Of a DNA stretch of 64,000 nt, positions 20,051 through 28,457 are shown piece after piece. The first letter of the stretch is position 1. Every line of letters begins with the position of its first letter. A program made the translations under genes and the position numbers. The DNA comes from Minisyncoccia bacterium (GTDB lineage Bacteria > Patescibacteriota > Minisyncoccia > Phycocordibacterales > UBA9973). The notes under the pieces are model-generated. The model had not been told where the DNA came from. It searched no databases and saw only the letters and a program-made list of their open reading frames with translations. Location: assembly GCA_965656375.1 (NCBI GenBank), contig CBFHKH010000001.1:409319-473318 (forward strand). Direction: 5' to 3'.

Positions 20051-20484
20051 ATATCCTCTGAAGTAAGAATTAATTTTCCTTCTGGTCCAGTCCAGTCTGT
20101 GTATCGCCACCATGTTGGAGTGAAGGAAAATACAACGTCAGAAGATGGGTCATAAGCTTTCTTAGATTTCTCAGGGAATTTACCGTAGTAGACAGTATCG
20201 AATAGACCTTTTTCCTCTGCCTTGATCAAAACAGCTTCGCCATCTAGCTGAAGTGTTTTCATATTATTTTCATCAAAGCCAATTACTATTGAAGCACGTG
20301 ATTTCTCTTTGCCGAAAAGTGGTTCAGATTTACGATAGGAACGAGAGGTTTTGAAGAAAAAAGTAAGAGAGTCCTCATCAAACGCAAAATGCAATGTCGA
20401 AGCATGAGGTGAACCATCAATCATTTCAATAGAAAAAACACATATTCTCTGACTTTGTATAAAATCAATAATTTTCTTTTCCAT
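20047..20484 (-). CDS. PNPOx-like FMN-binding split-barrel protein (general stress protein 26-like)
   Basis: Size and pattern are typical of the pyridoxamine 5'-phosphate oxidase-like fold; the similarity is weak. Confidence 0.45.
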   Translation of the reverse strand: MEKKIIDFIQSQRICVFSIEMIDGSPHASTLHFAFDEDSLTFFFKTSRSYRKSEPLFGKEKSRASIVIGFDENNMKTLQLDGEAVLIKAEEKGLFDTVYYGKFPEKSKKAYDPSSDVVFSFTPTWWRYTDWTGPEGKLILTSEDI

Positions 20485-20485
20485 A

Positions 20486-21127
20486 TTATAAATCTTCTTC
20501 TTTTCCTATCTCGAGAACTTTAAATTCAATACCATTCTTTGAGAGTACAGTTTTGGGTAAGTTGTATATAGGTCCAGGCTTATCTTCTTTTATCATTCCA
20601 TCATGAACTGGGAAACAAACTCTTGGTTTCAATTGTAAAGTGTACTCTATAGCATTTTTAATTTTCATCCATGGACCAGCGACAGGTAACGCAAGTATTT
20701 CTACTGCTTTTTTTGGATTTGTAAAAGCATCACCTGGATAGAAAAATTTACTATCTATAAAATAACCAGTATTTTGAACCTGCCCAAATTCTTCATAAAC
20801 CTCAGCATGCGTATCACCATACCCTTCAAATTTGACTCCATTAAATTCACCACTTTGTCCTTCTTCTAAGTTTTCATATTTGATTCCAGCTTCATCCAAA
20901 ATCGTACCTACTGCAGTATTTGTGATTATTGTTACGTCTTTATTATTTTCTAAAATTTTCTTCAGAGAATCTACGTGTAGGTGATCTTGGTGTTCATGGG
21001 TAATAAGAATGATATCGATATTTCTTTCTTCAATTTGGAGTGTAGAATAAGAACCCGGATCAGTCATGATCCGTTTACCATTGATCTCGATGATCAAACA
21101 GCAGTGGCCTAGTTTCTTTATCTTCAT
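20486..21127 (-). CDS. MBL-fold metallo-hydrolase
   Basis: ILITHEHQDHL (HxHxDH) motif. Confidence 0.8.
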   Translation of the reverse strand: MKIKKLGHCCLIIEINGKRIMTDPGSYSTLQIEERNIDIILITHEHQDHLHVDSLKKILENNKDVTIITNTAVGTILDEAGIKYENLEEGQSGEFNGVKFEGYGDTHAEVYEEFGQVQNTGYFIDSKFFYPGDAFTNPKKAVEILALPVAGPWMKIKNAIEYTLQLKPRVCFPVHDGMIKEDKPGPIYNLPKTVLSKNGIEFKVLEIGKEEDL

Positions 21128-21131
21128 CCCT

Positions 21132-21563
21132 CTATTTTACCATATTTAGGTATTTTTGTGCTTTTTCTAGGGTCTCTTTACGAGTGCTAAAAGTAAACAA
21201 TTCCAAGGCTTCTTCGTACGTTGCCCATTTGTAGTTAGATATTTCACTATTGTCTATATCTACATCTTTATTATCCACAAAGCCCATGAAGTGTTCATTC
21301 ACTTTGAGCTTTCTTTCTCCATCACGAGAGATCTCATATTCTTCATAGATAAGAGGAATATCGAGCAAATCGATTTTAGATATTCCTGTTTCTTCTTTCA
21401 GTTCCCGTAACGCTGTTTCTTTTGGTGACTCACTCCCTTCATGATGCCCTTTGGGGAACGTCCACCAACTCGGGGTATTGTTGTATGTCTGCTGTAAGAT
21501 CAGGAAGAGATTTTGCTCTCCTTTGTATACAACAATAACTCCATAGCATTGTTCTTTTGGCAT
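21132..21563 (-). CDS. NUDIX hydrolase
   Basis: Nudix box GHHEGSESPKETALRELKEETGI. Confidence 0.8.
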   Translation of the reverse strand: MPKEQCYGVIVVYKGEQNLFLILQQTYNNTPSWWTFPKGHHEGSESPKETALRELKEETGISKIDLLDIPLIYEEYEISRDGERKLKVNEHFMGFVDNKDVDIDNSEISNYKWATYEEALELFTFSTRKETLEKAQKYLNMVK

Positions 21564-24500
21564 TACTTTAAAAGTTTAACCTTAAATTCTAATTCATCGA
21601 TCTTGATCTCGATTCCGTTTGTCTTCCCTATCGCTACATCTTTTGCCCCAACAATTTTCATAAGTTCATCTTTAAATGTATTTACTATATCTTTGCCTTG
21701 GTCACTCGTCTCAATTTCAAGTGTGATAACATCGCTTGGATTTAATCCTTCTTTCTTGCGCATATCTTGAATTGCACGAACAAGTTCACGATACTGACCT
21801 TCTTTCTTGAGTTCAGGAGTAATTTCTAATTCCATGCTAATTTCGGTCATAGTTAAATTTTCAATTTCAGTTATTTCTACGTCCTTTATATTTAACTCGT
21901 CTTTAATTATGGAAAGATAATTCTCTGTTTTAGGAAAACCAATGCTGGAGTTTATTCTCACATTTGCTTTATTTAATGGTTGTCTAACTTTTATTTTATT
22001 TTTTTGTCTATTTTCAAGACCTAGAGTAATAACCATTCTCACAAATTCCATATTTTGAATAACATTCCCGCCCATTTCTAGTACTTTAGGCCATTCTACA
22101 AGATGCACACTTTCTTGATCAGAATCATTCTTCAACTTCTGCCAAATATCTTCCGCTGCAAATGGTGCAAACGGTGCCATAATTTTTGTAAGGGTCTTGA
22201 GCACAAAGTAAAGCGTTCGCTTTGCATCTCTATCATCATCTTTCAGGCGATCGCGTGAACGACGTACATACCAAGTAGAGAGTTCATCGATAAATTCTCG
22301 AATACCCCGTACAGGCTCGAGAAGCTTGTAGGTATCCATATGCTTTGTCGCATCTGTAATGAGCATATTAAGTCTTGCTAGTATCCACTGATCAAGAATA
22401 TTTGCGCTTTCAGGATTCGAATTTTCATTTTCGATTTCTTTGTCTCGATAGAGTTCATAGAATGCGAGCACATTGTAGAGCAAATTGAATACCTGCTGGT
22501 GAAGTAGCGAAACAGTTTTTTCATCGAAGTTCTTTGATTCACCTGGCTGATTCACCGAATACATCCACAGACGAAGCGTGTCCACGCCATATTTTTCCAT
22601 CATGAGCCATGGGTCAACGATATTGCCTTGGGATTTCGACATTTTTTTACCTTTCTCATCGAGAATATGACCAAGACAAATAACATTTGTATATGCTTTG
22701 CCCCGCTCCATAAGTACGCCGATCGCATGGAGTGTATAGAACCATCCACGAGTCTGATCGATAGCTTCACAGATAAAGTCTGCAGGGAATCCTTTTCTAT
22801 CAATCCATTCCTTATTTTCAAATGGATAGTGATCCTGTGCAAATGGCATAGCTCCAGAATCGAACCATACATCCATCACCTCTTTGACTCGCACCATCTC
22901 TTCACCATCGGATCCGATGAGCGTTACTTGGTCGATATATGGCTTGTGGAAGTCGAGTTCGTATTCTTCATTGTGTGGAATCGGAACAAATGGCAATTCT
23001 CGGACTTCAGCATTGCTAAATCTTTTGAAATCAGAAACGAACACATGAGTATTTGCAACTTGGTAATCTTTACCCTTTGGAGTGAATAACCCTGCATTGA
23101 CGTAGCACACCCAGGCAGGTCCACCGTGAGTAACAATGAGAATATTCTTTCCTTTATATTTTTCTTCGAGCTCATAGAGGACCGCAGCTGTTCGCTTCTG
23201 TACATCTTTAAGAGATTCCCCACCGCCAATATGCTCAGTAAACCACCCTGGTCCCCCATGCTTGTATACATAGTCATGATATTCGTTCCAATTCTTGCCA
23301 TCAAAATCGCCGGGATTGATCTCAACCAATCGGTCATCGTATATAATTGCGCTCTTGTCTATCCCAATATTCTCAGCGACGAGTTCTGCGGTCTCGCGAG
23401 TACGAGTAAATGAAGATGCGATAATGATATCTATATTCTTGTGTTTGAGATCATGTTCTGCAGTTTTGATAACTCCTTCTCTACCTGCCTCTGTCAGGTT
23501 GTCATCAACTTGTAGTTTGTAACTCACGAGTTCATGGGCATTGCCTTCTGTTCCTCCATGACGCATGACAAAATATTTGTTACCGGACTTCTTTGTCTTT
23601 TCTTTGAGCTCATCCAAGCTTCCAATAACTAGAAATGTACCATCTGCCTTCTGCCAGATCGGAAGTGGTGTACCCCAATATCGCTCACGAGAGATTGCCC
23701 AGTCTTTAATGTCTTTGAGCCATTCGCCAAAGCGTCCCACGCGAATATGTGACGGCTCCCAATTGATGGATTTATTTTGCTCGATTAATTCTTGCTTTAC
23801 ATGCTCATTCGACATGCGGATATACCATGAATCACGTGCATAGTAGATGAGCGGAGTTTTACAACGCCAACAGTGTGGATATGAGTGCTCGTATTTTTCC
23901 TTCTTGAACAGGAGTCCTCGATGTGCCAAGTTTTTGATGATATCGACGGCGACATCTTCGTCTTTGACAAATCGTTTAGAGAGGAAGTCCGTCCCTTCGA
24001 TAAAGTGCCCAGATGCATCGACGGTATGGAATTTTGGAAGCCCGATTTTCGTTCCAAGATCAAAGTCATCAGCACCATACATCACTGCTGTATGTACGAT
24101 ACCCGTCCCATCTTCGGTATTCACGAAATCCGCTTCGTAGACTTTGTATGCTTCTTTCAATCGTGGGTCGTCCTTACCAAGCTCTGCTAAATATGGATAC
24201 AATGGTTCATATTCCATACCTACCATCTCAGACCCTTTATGTTCTGCTACAATTTCATAATTCTCTGTAACTATAGAGAGTCTTTCTTTTGCAAGGACAA
24301 GAATTTCTTCTCCAACTTTTACTTCTACATACACAATATCTTTCCCAACAGCGAGAGCGACATTACCAGGTAGTGTCCATGGTGTTGTCGTCCAGGCGAG
24401 AAAGTATCCATTATCGCTAAAGTTTCCTTTTGCTTTGATTTTGAATTTTGCCGTTACAGAGAGATCCTTCACATCTTCATATCCTTGAGCAAGCTCGTGT

Positions 24501-25075
24501 GATGAAAGCGCAGTACCACAACGTGGACACCACGGTACGACTTTGTAATCTTTATAAAGAAGATTCCTCTTCTGTACTTCTTTGAGCACATTCCATACTG
24601 ATTCAATATATTCATTGTGATAGGTCACATACGGATTCTCCTGGTCTACCCAGTAGCCAATACGCTTTGTGAATTTATTCCAAATATCGAGATATTCCCA
24701 TACAGATTCCTTGCATTCCTTGTTGAATGCTGCGATGCCATACTCCTCGATTGCTTTCTTTGAATCAAGTCCGAGCTTCTTTTCTACTTGAAGTTCCACA
24801 GGCAGACCATGAGTATCCCAGCCTCCCTTGCGACGAACATGATATCCACGCATTGTCTTGTATCGTGGAATTGCATCCTTGAACGCACGTGCTTCGAGGT
24901 GGTGGATTCCTGGCTTGCCATTGGCAGTTGGTGGGCCCTCGTAGAATACGAATTCCTTTTTGCCCTCGGACTGAGAAAGAGATTTTGCGAAAATATTATT
25001 CTCTTTCCAGAATTCCAAGATCCGCTCTTCTCGAGCGGAAGCTTCACTATTTTTGTTTTCTTTTTCTTTATCCAT
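21563..25075 (-). CDS. ileS: Isoleucyl-tRNA synthetase (type 2, Thermus/eukaryote-like) carrying an inserted histidine-phosphatase (PGM/GpmB-like) domain
   Basis: PPTANG...; CP1 editing signature WTTTPWTLPGN; WAISRERYWGTPLPIW; DVWFDSG; KMSKS. About 190 aa (aa 497-690, nt 23006-23587) between PLPIW and HKPYID match RHGGTEGN...IIASSFTRTRETAE...DDRL.E...GGES...LIVTHGG of histidine phosphatases. Confidence 0.95.
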   Translation of the reverse strand: MDKEKENKNSEASAREERILEFWKENNIFAKSLSQSEGKKEFVFYEGPPTANGKPGIHHLEARAFKDAIPRYKTMRGYHVRRKGGWDTHGLPVELQVEKKLGLDSKKAIEEYGIAAFNKECKESVWEYLDIWNKFTKRIGYWVDQENPYVTYHNEYIESVWNVLKEVQKRNLLYKDYKVVPWCPRCGTALSSHELAQGYEDVKDLSVTAKFKIKAKGNFSDNGYFLAWTTTPWTLPGNVALAVGKDIVYVEVKVGEEILVLAKERLSIVTENYEIVAEHKGSEMVGMEYEPLYPYLAELGKDDPRLKEAYKVYEADFVNTEDGTGIVHTAVMYGADDFDLGTKIGLPKFHTVDASGHFIEGTDFLSKRFVKDEDVAVDIIKNLAHRGLLFKKEKYEHSYPHCWRCKTPLIYYARDSWYIRMSNEHVKQELIEQNKSINWEPSHIRVGRFGEWLKDIKDWAISRERYWGTPLPIWQKADGTFLVIGSLDELKEKTKKSGNKYFVMRHGGTEGNAHELVSYKLQVDDNLTEAGREGVIKTAEHDLKHKNIDIIIASSFTRTRETAELVAENIGIDKSAIIYDDRLVEINPGDFDGKNWNEYHDYVYKHGGPGWFTEHIGGGESLKDVQKRTAAVLYELEEKYKGKNILIVTHGGPAWVCYVNAGLFTPKGKDYQVANTHVFVSDFKRFSNAEVRELPFVPIPHNEEYELDFHKPYIDQVTLIGSDGEEMVRVKEVMDVWFDSGAMPFAQDHYPFENKEWIDRKGFPADFICEAIDQTRGWFYTLHAIGVLMERGKAYTNVICLGHILDEKGKKMSKSQGNIVDPWLMMEKYGVDTLRLWMYSVNQPGESKNFDEKTVSLLHQQVFNLLYNVLAFYELYRDKEIENENSNPESANILDQWILARLNMLITDATKHMDTYKLLEPVRGIREFIDELSTWYVRRSRDRLKDDDRDAKRTLYFVLKTLTKIMAPFAPFAAEDIWQKLKNDSDQESVHLVEWPKVLEMGGNVIQNMEFVRMVITLGLENRQKNKIKVRQPLNKANVRINSSIGFPKTENYLSIIKDELNIKDVEITEIENLTMTEISMELEITPELKKEGQYRELVRAIQDMRKKEGLNPSDVITLEIETSDQGKDIVNTFKDELMKIVGAKDVAIGKTNGIEIKIDELEFKVKLLK

Positions 25076-25097
25076 AGTGTTATAAAATCCCGCAAAT

Positions 25098-25103
25098 TAT
25101 ATT
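25098..25103 (-). promoter_or_regulatory. Possible proximal -10 (TATAAT) for ileS
   Basis: TATAAT on the minus strand about 22 nt upstream of the ileS ATG; no clear -35. Confidence 0.3.
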
Positions 25104-25195
25104 CTTTCCTCGGGTCCTCGGGTTGGTTCACCAGACCGGCTCGGAAATAAAATAATTTGCTCGATTTCTTTTCTTATAACTTGCTTCAATGAATG

Positions 25196-25285
25196 GAGCG
25201 AATTATTTTATGAAAAACAGTCTGGCCTCGCTCCGCTCCCGAATTTAGTGCGAGGAGATCCGAGGACTTTTTTCAGAATATAATT
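25196..25285. repeat. About 90-bp intergenic repeat element, copy A (imperfect palindrome; ends in TTTTTTCAGAATATAATT)
   Basis: About 90% identical to 38953-39046, including a CCTCGC...GCGAGG inner stem and AAAAAAGTC/GACTnTTTTT outer arms. Both copies sit just upstream of minus-strand genes. Confidence 0.7.
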
Positions 25286-25299
25286 CGCGTAATGACCAT

Positions 25300-25660
25300 A
25301 ATAATTAAAACTCGTCCACGTACAACAATTAAATAATTGCTATACAAGGACGAGTTTCACTTCGTGGTACCACCTTGTTTACTTCTCATTTGTAGGGCTC
25401 TACTCCCCCGTAAGGGTTTCTTCCCAAAGCTCCAGGGTGATAGCCCTTTCACTGCTTATACTTTAAGAATACAATCAAAAAGCGAATTTTGCAATACGGC
25501 TTGCATTTTAATGAAAAGTGAGTAGGATACTAGCATACGTTGTACATTCCGCTTTGTGTTTAGCTACTAGGGGTAATACCCTATCACTGATTACTTGTCG
25601 GGCCCACTTAAACGTCTCACCCGAGTATCTAACCTGTGATCAGACAGATAAACACACTGG
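25300..25660 (-). ncRNA. T-box riboswitch leader of ileS (antiterminator 25345-25377; terminator 25300-25358)
   Basis: Minus-strand antiterminator CAAGG-UGGUACC-ACGA(AGUGAAAC)UCGU-CCUUG with the canonical 7-nt UGGNACC bulge. The overlapping terminator AAACUCGUCC...GGACGAGUUUUAAUU shares the 3' strand. Upstream GUAAUCAG offers an AUC(A) specifier candidate. A TTGTAT-N18-TATATT promoter lies at about 25660-25695. Confidence 0.6.
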
Positions 25661-25736
25661 TACAACTACTCAATATATAAAAAGCTCCCCGATCCATACA
25701 AAGGGGGCTTTTTTTTATTAACATCTTGCACATAAA

Positions 25737-25771
25737 AATGCCATCGGTTATAACCGATGGCATTTTATCAT
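25737..25771. terminator. Bidirectional terminator
   Basis: aatgccatcgg-ttataa-ccgatggcatt perfect 11-bp hairpin with T-runs on both strands; terminates the 25784-26275 gene. A second weaker hairpin gctcccc...gggggc with a T-run lies at 25683-25712. Confidence 0.65.
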
Positions 25772-25783
25772 TCGAAAAAAGCA

Positions 25784-26275
25784 CTACTTAAAAATATCTT
25801 TAAAAGCTATGAAAAACTTTTGCCATTTTATACGCTTCTCTGCAAGCGTACCAATACCACCTTCAAGCAGGTATGGCCTGAGCCACAGTTTATCTTTCGC
25901 ATCCTTATAGATCTCTTCTTCCAAGGCAACAATTGCTGCCAGAAAAGAATACGGACCTCCAGGCCACAAAAGTTTCATCAGTGCTTCGTTTGGCACTATA
26001 TCGAAATTTGTTGACACTGAAAGTATCCCCGATCCCTGGGGACCAACTTTTACTACCAAATTAAAGCCACGTAATTGGCCAGGTGTTTGGAGGCCGTAGA
26101 ACGTGAGGGCAAGGTTGTGCTTGTCTTCAGTTACAGCTACATACGCTGTATCTTTCTTTTTTTCCCACGCTGTAAGGTAGAAATGAAGAGGTTCTTTTTC
26201 ACGCTCAGGATATACCGTAAGAGCGCCTTCCTTGTTTTGGGCAAGGGCGAATGTGTTTACTACGTAATTTTTCAT
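25784..26275 (-). CDS. Hypothetical protein (163 aa)
   Basis: ORF with no recognisable motif. Confidence 0.5.
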   Translation of the reverse strand: MKNYVVNTFALAQNKEGALTVYPEREKEPLHFYLTAWEKKKDTAYVAVTEDKHNLALTFYGLQTPGQLRGFNLVVKVGPQGSGILSVSTNFDIVPNEALMKLLWPGGPYSFLAAIVALEEEIYKDAKDKLWLRPYLLEGGIGTLAEKRIKWQKFFIAFKDIFK

Positions 26276-26336
26276 CTTTTAAAATTTTAAATTTCCTGTA
26301 GTATAACAGGTTATTTTAAAAAGTATAGAGATGAAA

Positions 26337-28034
26337 TTACATCTTCTCTGGAGTCTTTATACCAAGGAGATAAAGACCATTTTGCATCGTCTGATGAAAC
26401 GCTTCAACTAATGCTACGCGATAATTTGAATATGGATCACTTTTATTCACAATCATTGTATTGCCATAGAATGTATTGAACGCGCTCGCAAGCTCTGTAA
26501 GATACGTAGCGATATGATGTGGCTCAAGGAGTGTATAGGAACGTGCTACAACTTCTGGAAATTGATACAAAGTCTTCTCGAGTATTGTGATTTCACTTGG
26601 AATGTCTGTATATGCTGCACAGATACCTTCCGCTTCTGCCTTCTTTTGTATGGAGTTTGCGCGCACAGCTGTGTATTGTAAATATGGTCCTGAATCTCCG
26701 TCAAATGAAATAGATTTCTCGAAATCGTAGATAATATCACCAGTGAGTGATGAGCGGAGTATCGAATATTTTACTGCCGATACACCGACTATCTTTGCGA
26801 TATTTTCTTTTTCTTCATCACTGAGGTCTCTTTCTTTTACTTTCTCACCAACGACATCCATAGAGTCACGGATGAGCGACTCACCAGTAATGACATTCCC
26901 TTTTCGGGAAGACATCTTTCCTGAAGCAAACTTCATCATGCCGTGAGTAATATGCTTCATCCGCTTTTCATAGTCAGGATGAATGAGTGACACTGCTTTC
27001 TGGACTACTTTCATGTATTCTCCTTGTTCGATCGCTGTGATAATAATAGAAAGATCAGGATTTTCCTTTTCAAACTTGGTCATCATGAGACCAATCTCTT
27101 TTGTCTCATAAAGTGGAATACCCATAGAAGTAATAAATACCCGAGTATGGAGCTTGGGATCATAATTCTCTGCATGGAAAACTATCGCTCCATCGCTTTC
27201 TGTAAATACACTGCCGAGATTCTCTTCAACGATCTTCTTTCCAATTGGCGCCATTTCACTTTCAAAGAAATAGTGATTAAACCTTGTTCCGAGAAGCGCA
27301 TAGATCTCTTCAAATGCATCAAGAGTTACTTTCCTTCCCCAATCATATATTGTATTAATCTCATCATCACTTCGGTCATACACTTTTTTGTTTATGGAAT
27401 CAATTTCTTTTTTCTTTGCTTCATCTGTATCATATGCATCACTTCCTTTTGCATACTGCTCGCCGATCCAGAGCGCACCTTTGCCTTCGTATGATTCACC
27501 AGAATTCATAATACCGTAGATAGCTTTGGCAACATGGGGGCCAACATCACCTTGGTAGTTTGCACGAATTGTATCTGCTCCAGAATATTCAGTAATACGA
27601 GCGATGGATTCGCCGATAGCATTCGTCATAAGGTGTCCAATGTGGAATGGCTTGAATGGATTCGGATCAGTGTATTCCACCATAATCTTTTTACCTTTGA
27701 CTTCTTCATTTTTTCCCCAGTTTTCCTTTTTCTTCAAAATCTCTTTAACACTCTCTGCAAAGAATTCATGTGAAAGATAAAAGTTTATGAATCCCGCACC
27801 GGCAACTTCTAGTTTCGAGATTTCCTTTGGTTGTTCTTTTTCGATTTCTGCTTTTATCTTCTCTGCGAGTTCTCGAGGGTTACTGCCAACTTGTTTTGCG
27901 TATGCCATTGCAACATTTGTCGAATAGTCACCAAAATTTATATCAGAAGGATGCTCAAGGGCAATAGACCCGGCTTCGATACCGAGATTCTTTAATGCTT
28001 CTTTTATTGATGATGAGAGTATATCTTTAATCAT
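26337..28034 (-). CDS. argS: Arginyl-tRNA synthetase
   Basis: N-terminal Add-1 domain, HIGH (FHIGHLM) and a KMSK-like MSSRKGN motif, plus the DALR anticodon-binding C-terminus. Confidence 0.9.
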   Translation of the reverse strand: MIKDILSSSIKEALKNLGIEAGSIALEHPSDINFGDYSTNVAMAYAKQVGSNPRELAEKIKAEIEKEQPKEISKLEVAGAGFINFYLSHEFFAESVKEILKKKENWGKNEEVKGKKIMVEYTDPNPFKPFHIGHLMTNAIGESIARITEYSGADTIRANYQGDVGPHVAKAIYGIMNSGESYEGKGALWIGEQYAKGSDAYDTDEAKKKEIDSINKKVYDRSDDEINTIYDWGRKVTLDAFEEIYALLGTRFNHYFFESEMAPIGKKIVEENLGSVFTESDGAIVFHAENYDPKLHTRVFITSMGIPLYETKEIGLMMTKFEKENPDLSIIITAIEQGEYMKVVQKAVSLIHPDYEKRMKHITHGMMKFASGKMSSRKGNVITGESLIRDSMDVVGEKVKERDLSDEEKENIAKIVGVSAVKYSILRSSLTGDIIYDFEKSISFDGDSGPYLQYTAVRANSIQKKAEAEGICAAYTDIPSEITILEKTLYQFPEVVARSYTLLEPHHIATYLTELASAFNTFYGNTMIVNKSDPYSNYRVALVEAFHQTMQNGLYLLGIKTPEKM

Positions 28035-28453
28035 TTTTTGCCTGTGCTTCCAAAACTTCCTTCTCCACGTGCTGATTCACTTAATGTATCAGTTTCCTCA
28101 AGTTCTGCAATAGCTACTGGATAGATGATGAGCTGTGAGACTTTATCACCTGCTTCTATTGTATATGGCTCTGTGCCGAGATTCACCAAATGCGTATTGT
28201 ATTCACCTCGGTATCCCGCATCAAATACTCCTCCCATAGTATGGAGATATGCTTTTGAAATACTGGATTTATCCTTCACAATAGCGGCATAACCAACCTC
28301 AAACTCAAGAGCAAACCCATGCCAAATCCGCATATGCCCCATCGGAGGTATAATTACCGCTTCCGTAGCATAGAGATCCATCCCTACATCTCCTGGATGT
28401 GCATAGGTCGGAAGTTTTGCTTCATCTTTTAATTTTTTAACTTTGATATGCAT
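28031..28453 (-). CDS. dut: dUTP diphosphatase
   Basis: Conserved dUTPase motifs (GxDL, ...RGEGSFGSTG at the C-terminus); overlaps argS by 4 nt. Confidence 0.9.
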   Translation of the reverse strand: MHIKVKKLKDEAKLPTYAHPGDVGMDLYATEAVIIPPMGHMRIWHGFALEFEVGYAAIVKDKSSISKAYLHTMGGVFDAGYRGEYNTHLVNLGTEPYTIEAGDKVSQLIIYPVAIAELEETDTLSESARGEGSFGSTGKK

Positions 28454-28457
28454 TCTA

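Noticed and set aside
25278-25283. Plus-strand TATAAT at the end of the 90-bp repeat as a promoter for a plus-strand sRNA
   Set aside because: There is no convincing -35. In copy B the downstream plus strand is antisense to the permease 3' end. In copy A it would be antisense to the T-box leader. Retained only as part of the repeat description.
25290-25720. The long non-coding region upstream of ileS considered as tmRNA, RNase P RNA or SRP RNA
   Set aside because: No tRNA-like T-arm (GTTCRANYC) or CCA acceptor end for tmRNA. No RNase P P4 motifs (GGAAAGTCCGGGC / ACAGAACCCGGCTTA). No SRP GNRA-capped helix-8 motif. Short Ala-rich tag-like reading frames occur on both strands and are coincidental. 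The antiterminator/terminator pair fits a T-box leader much better.
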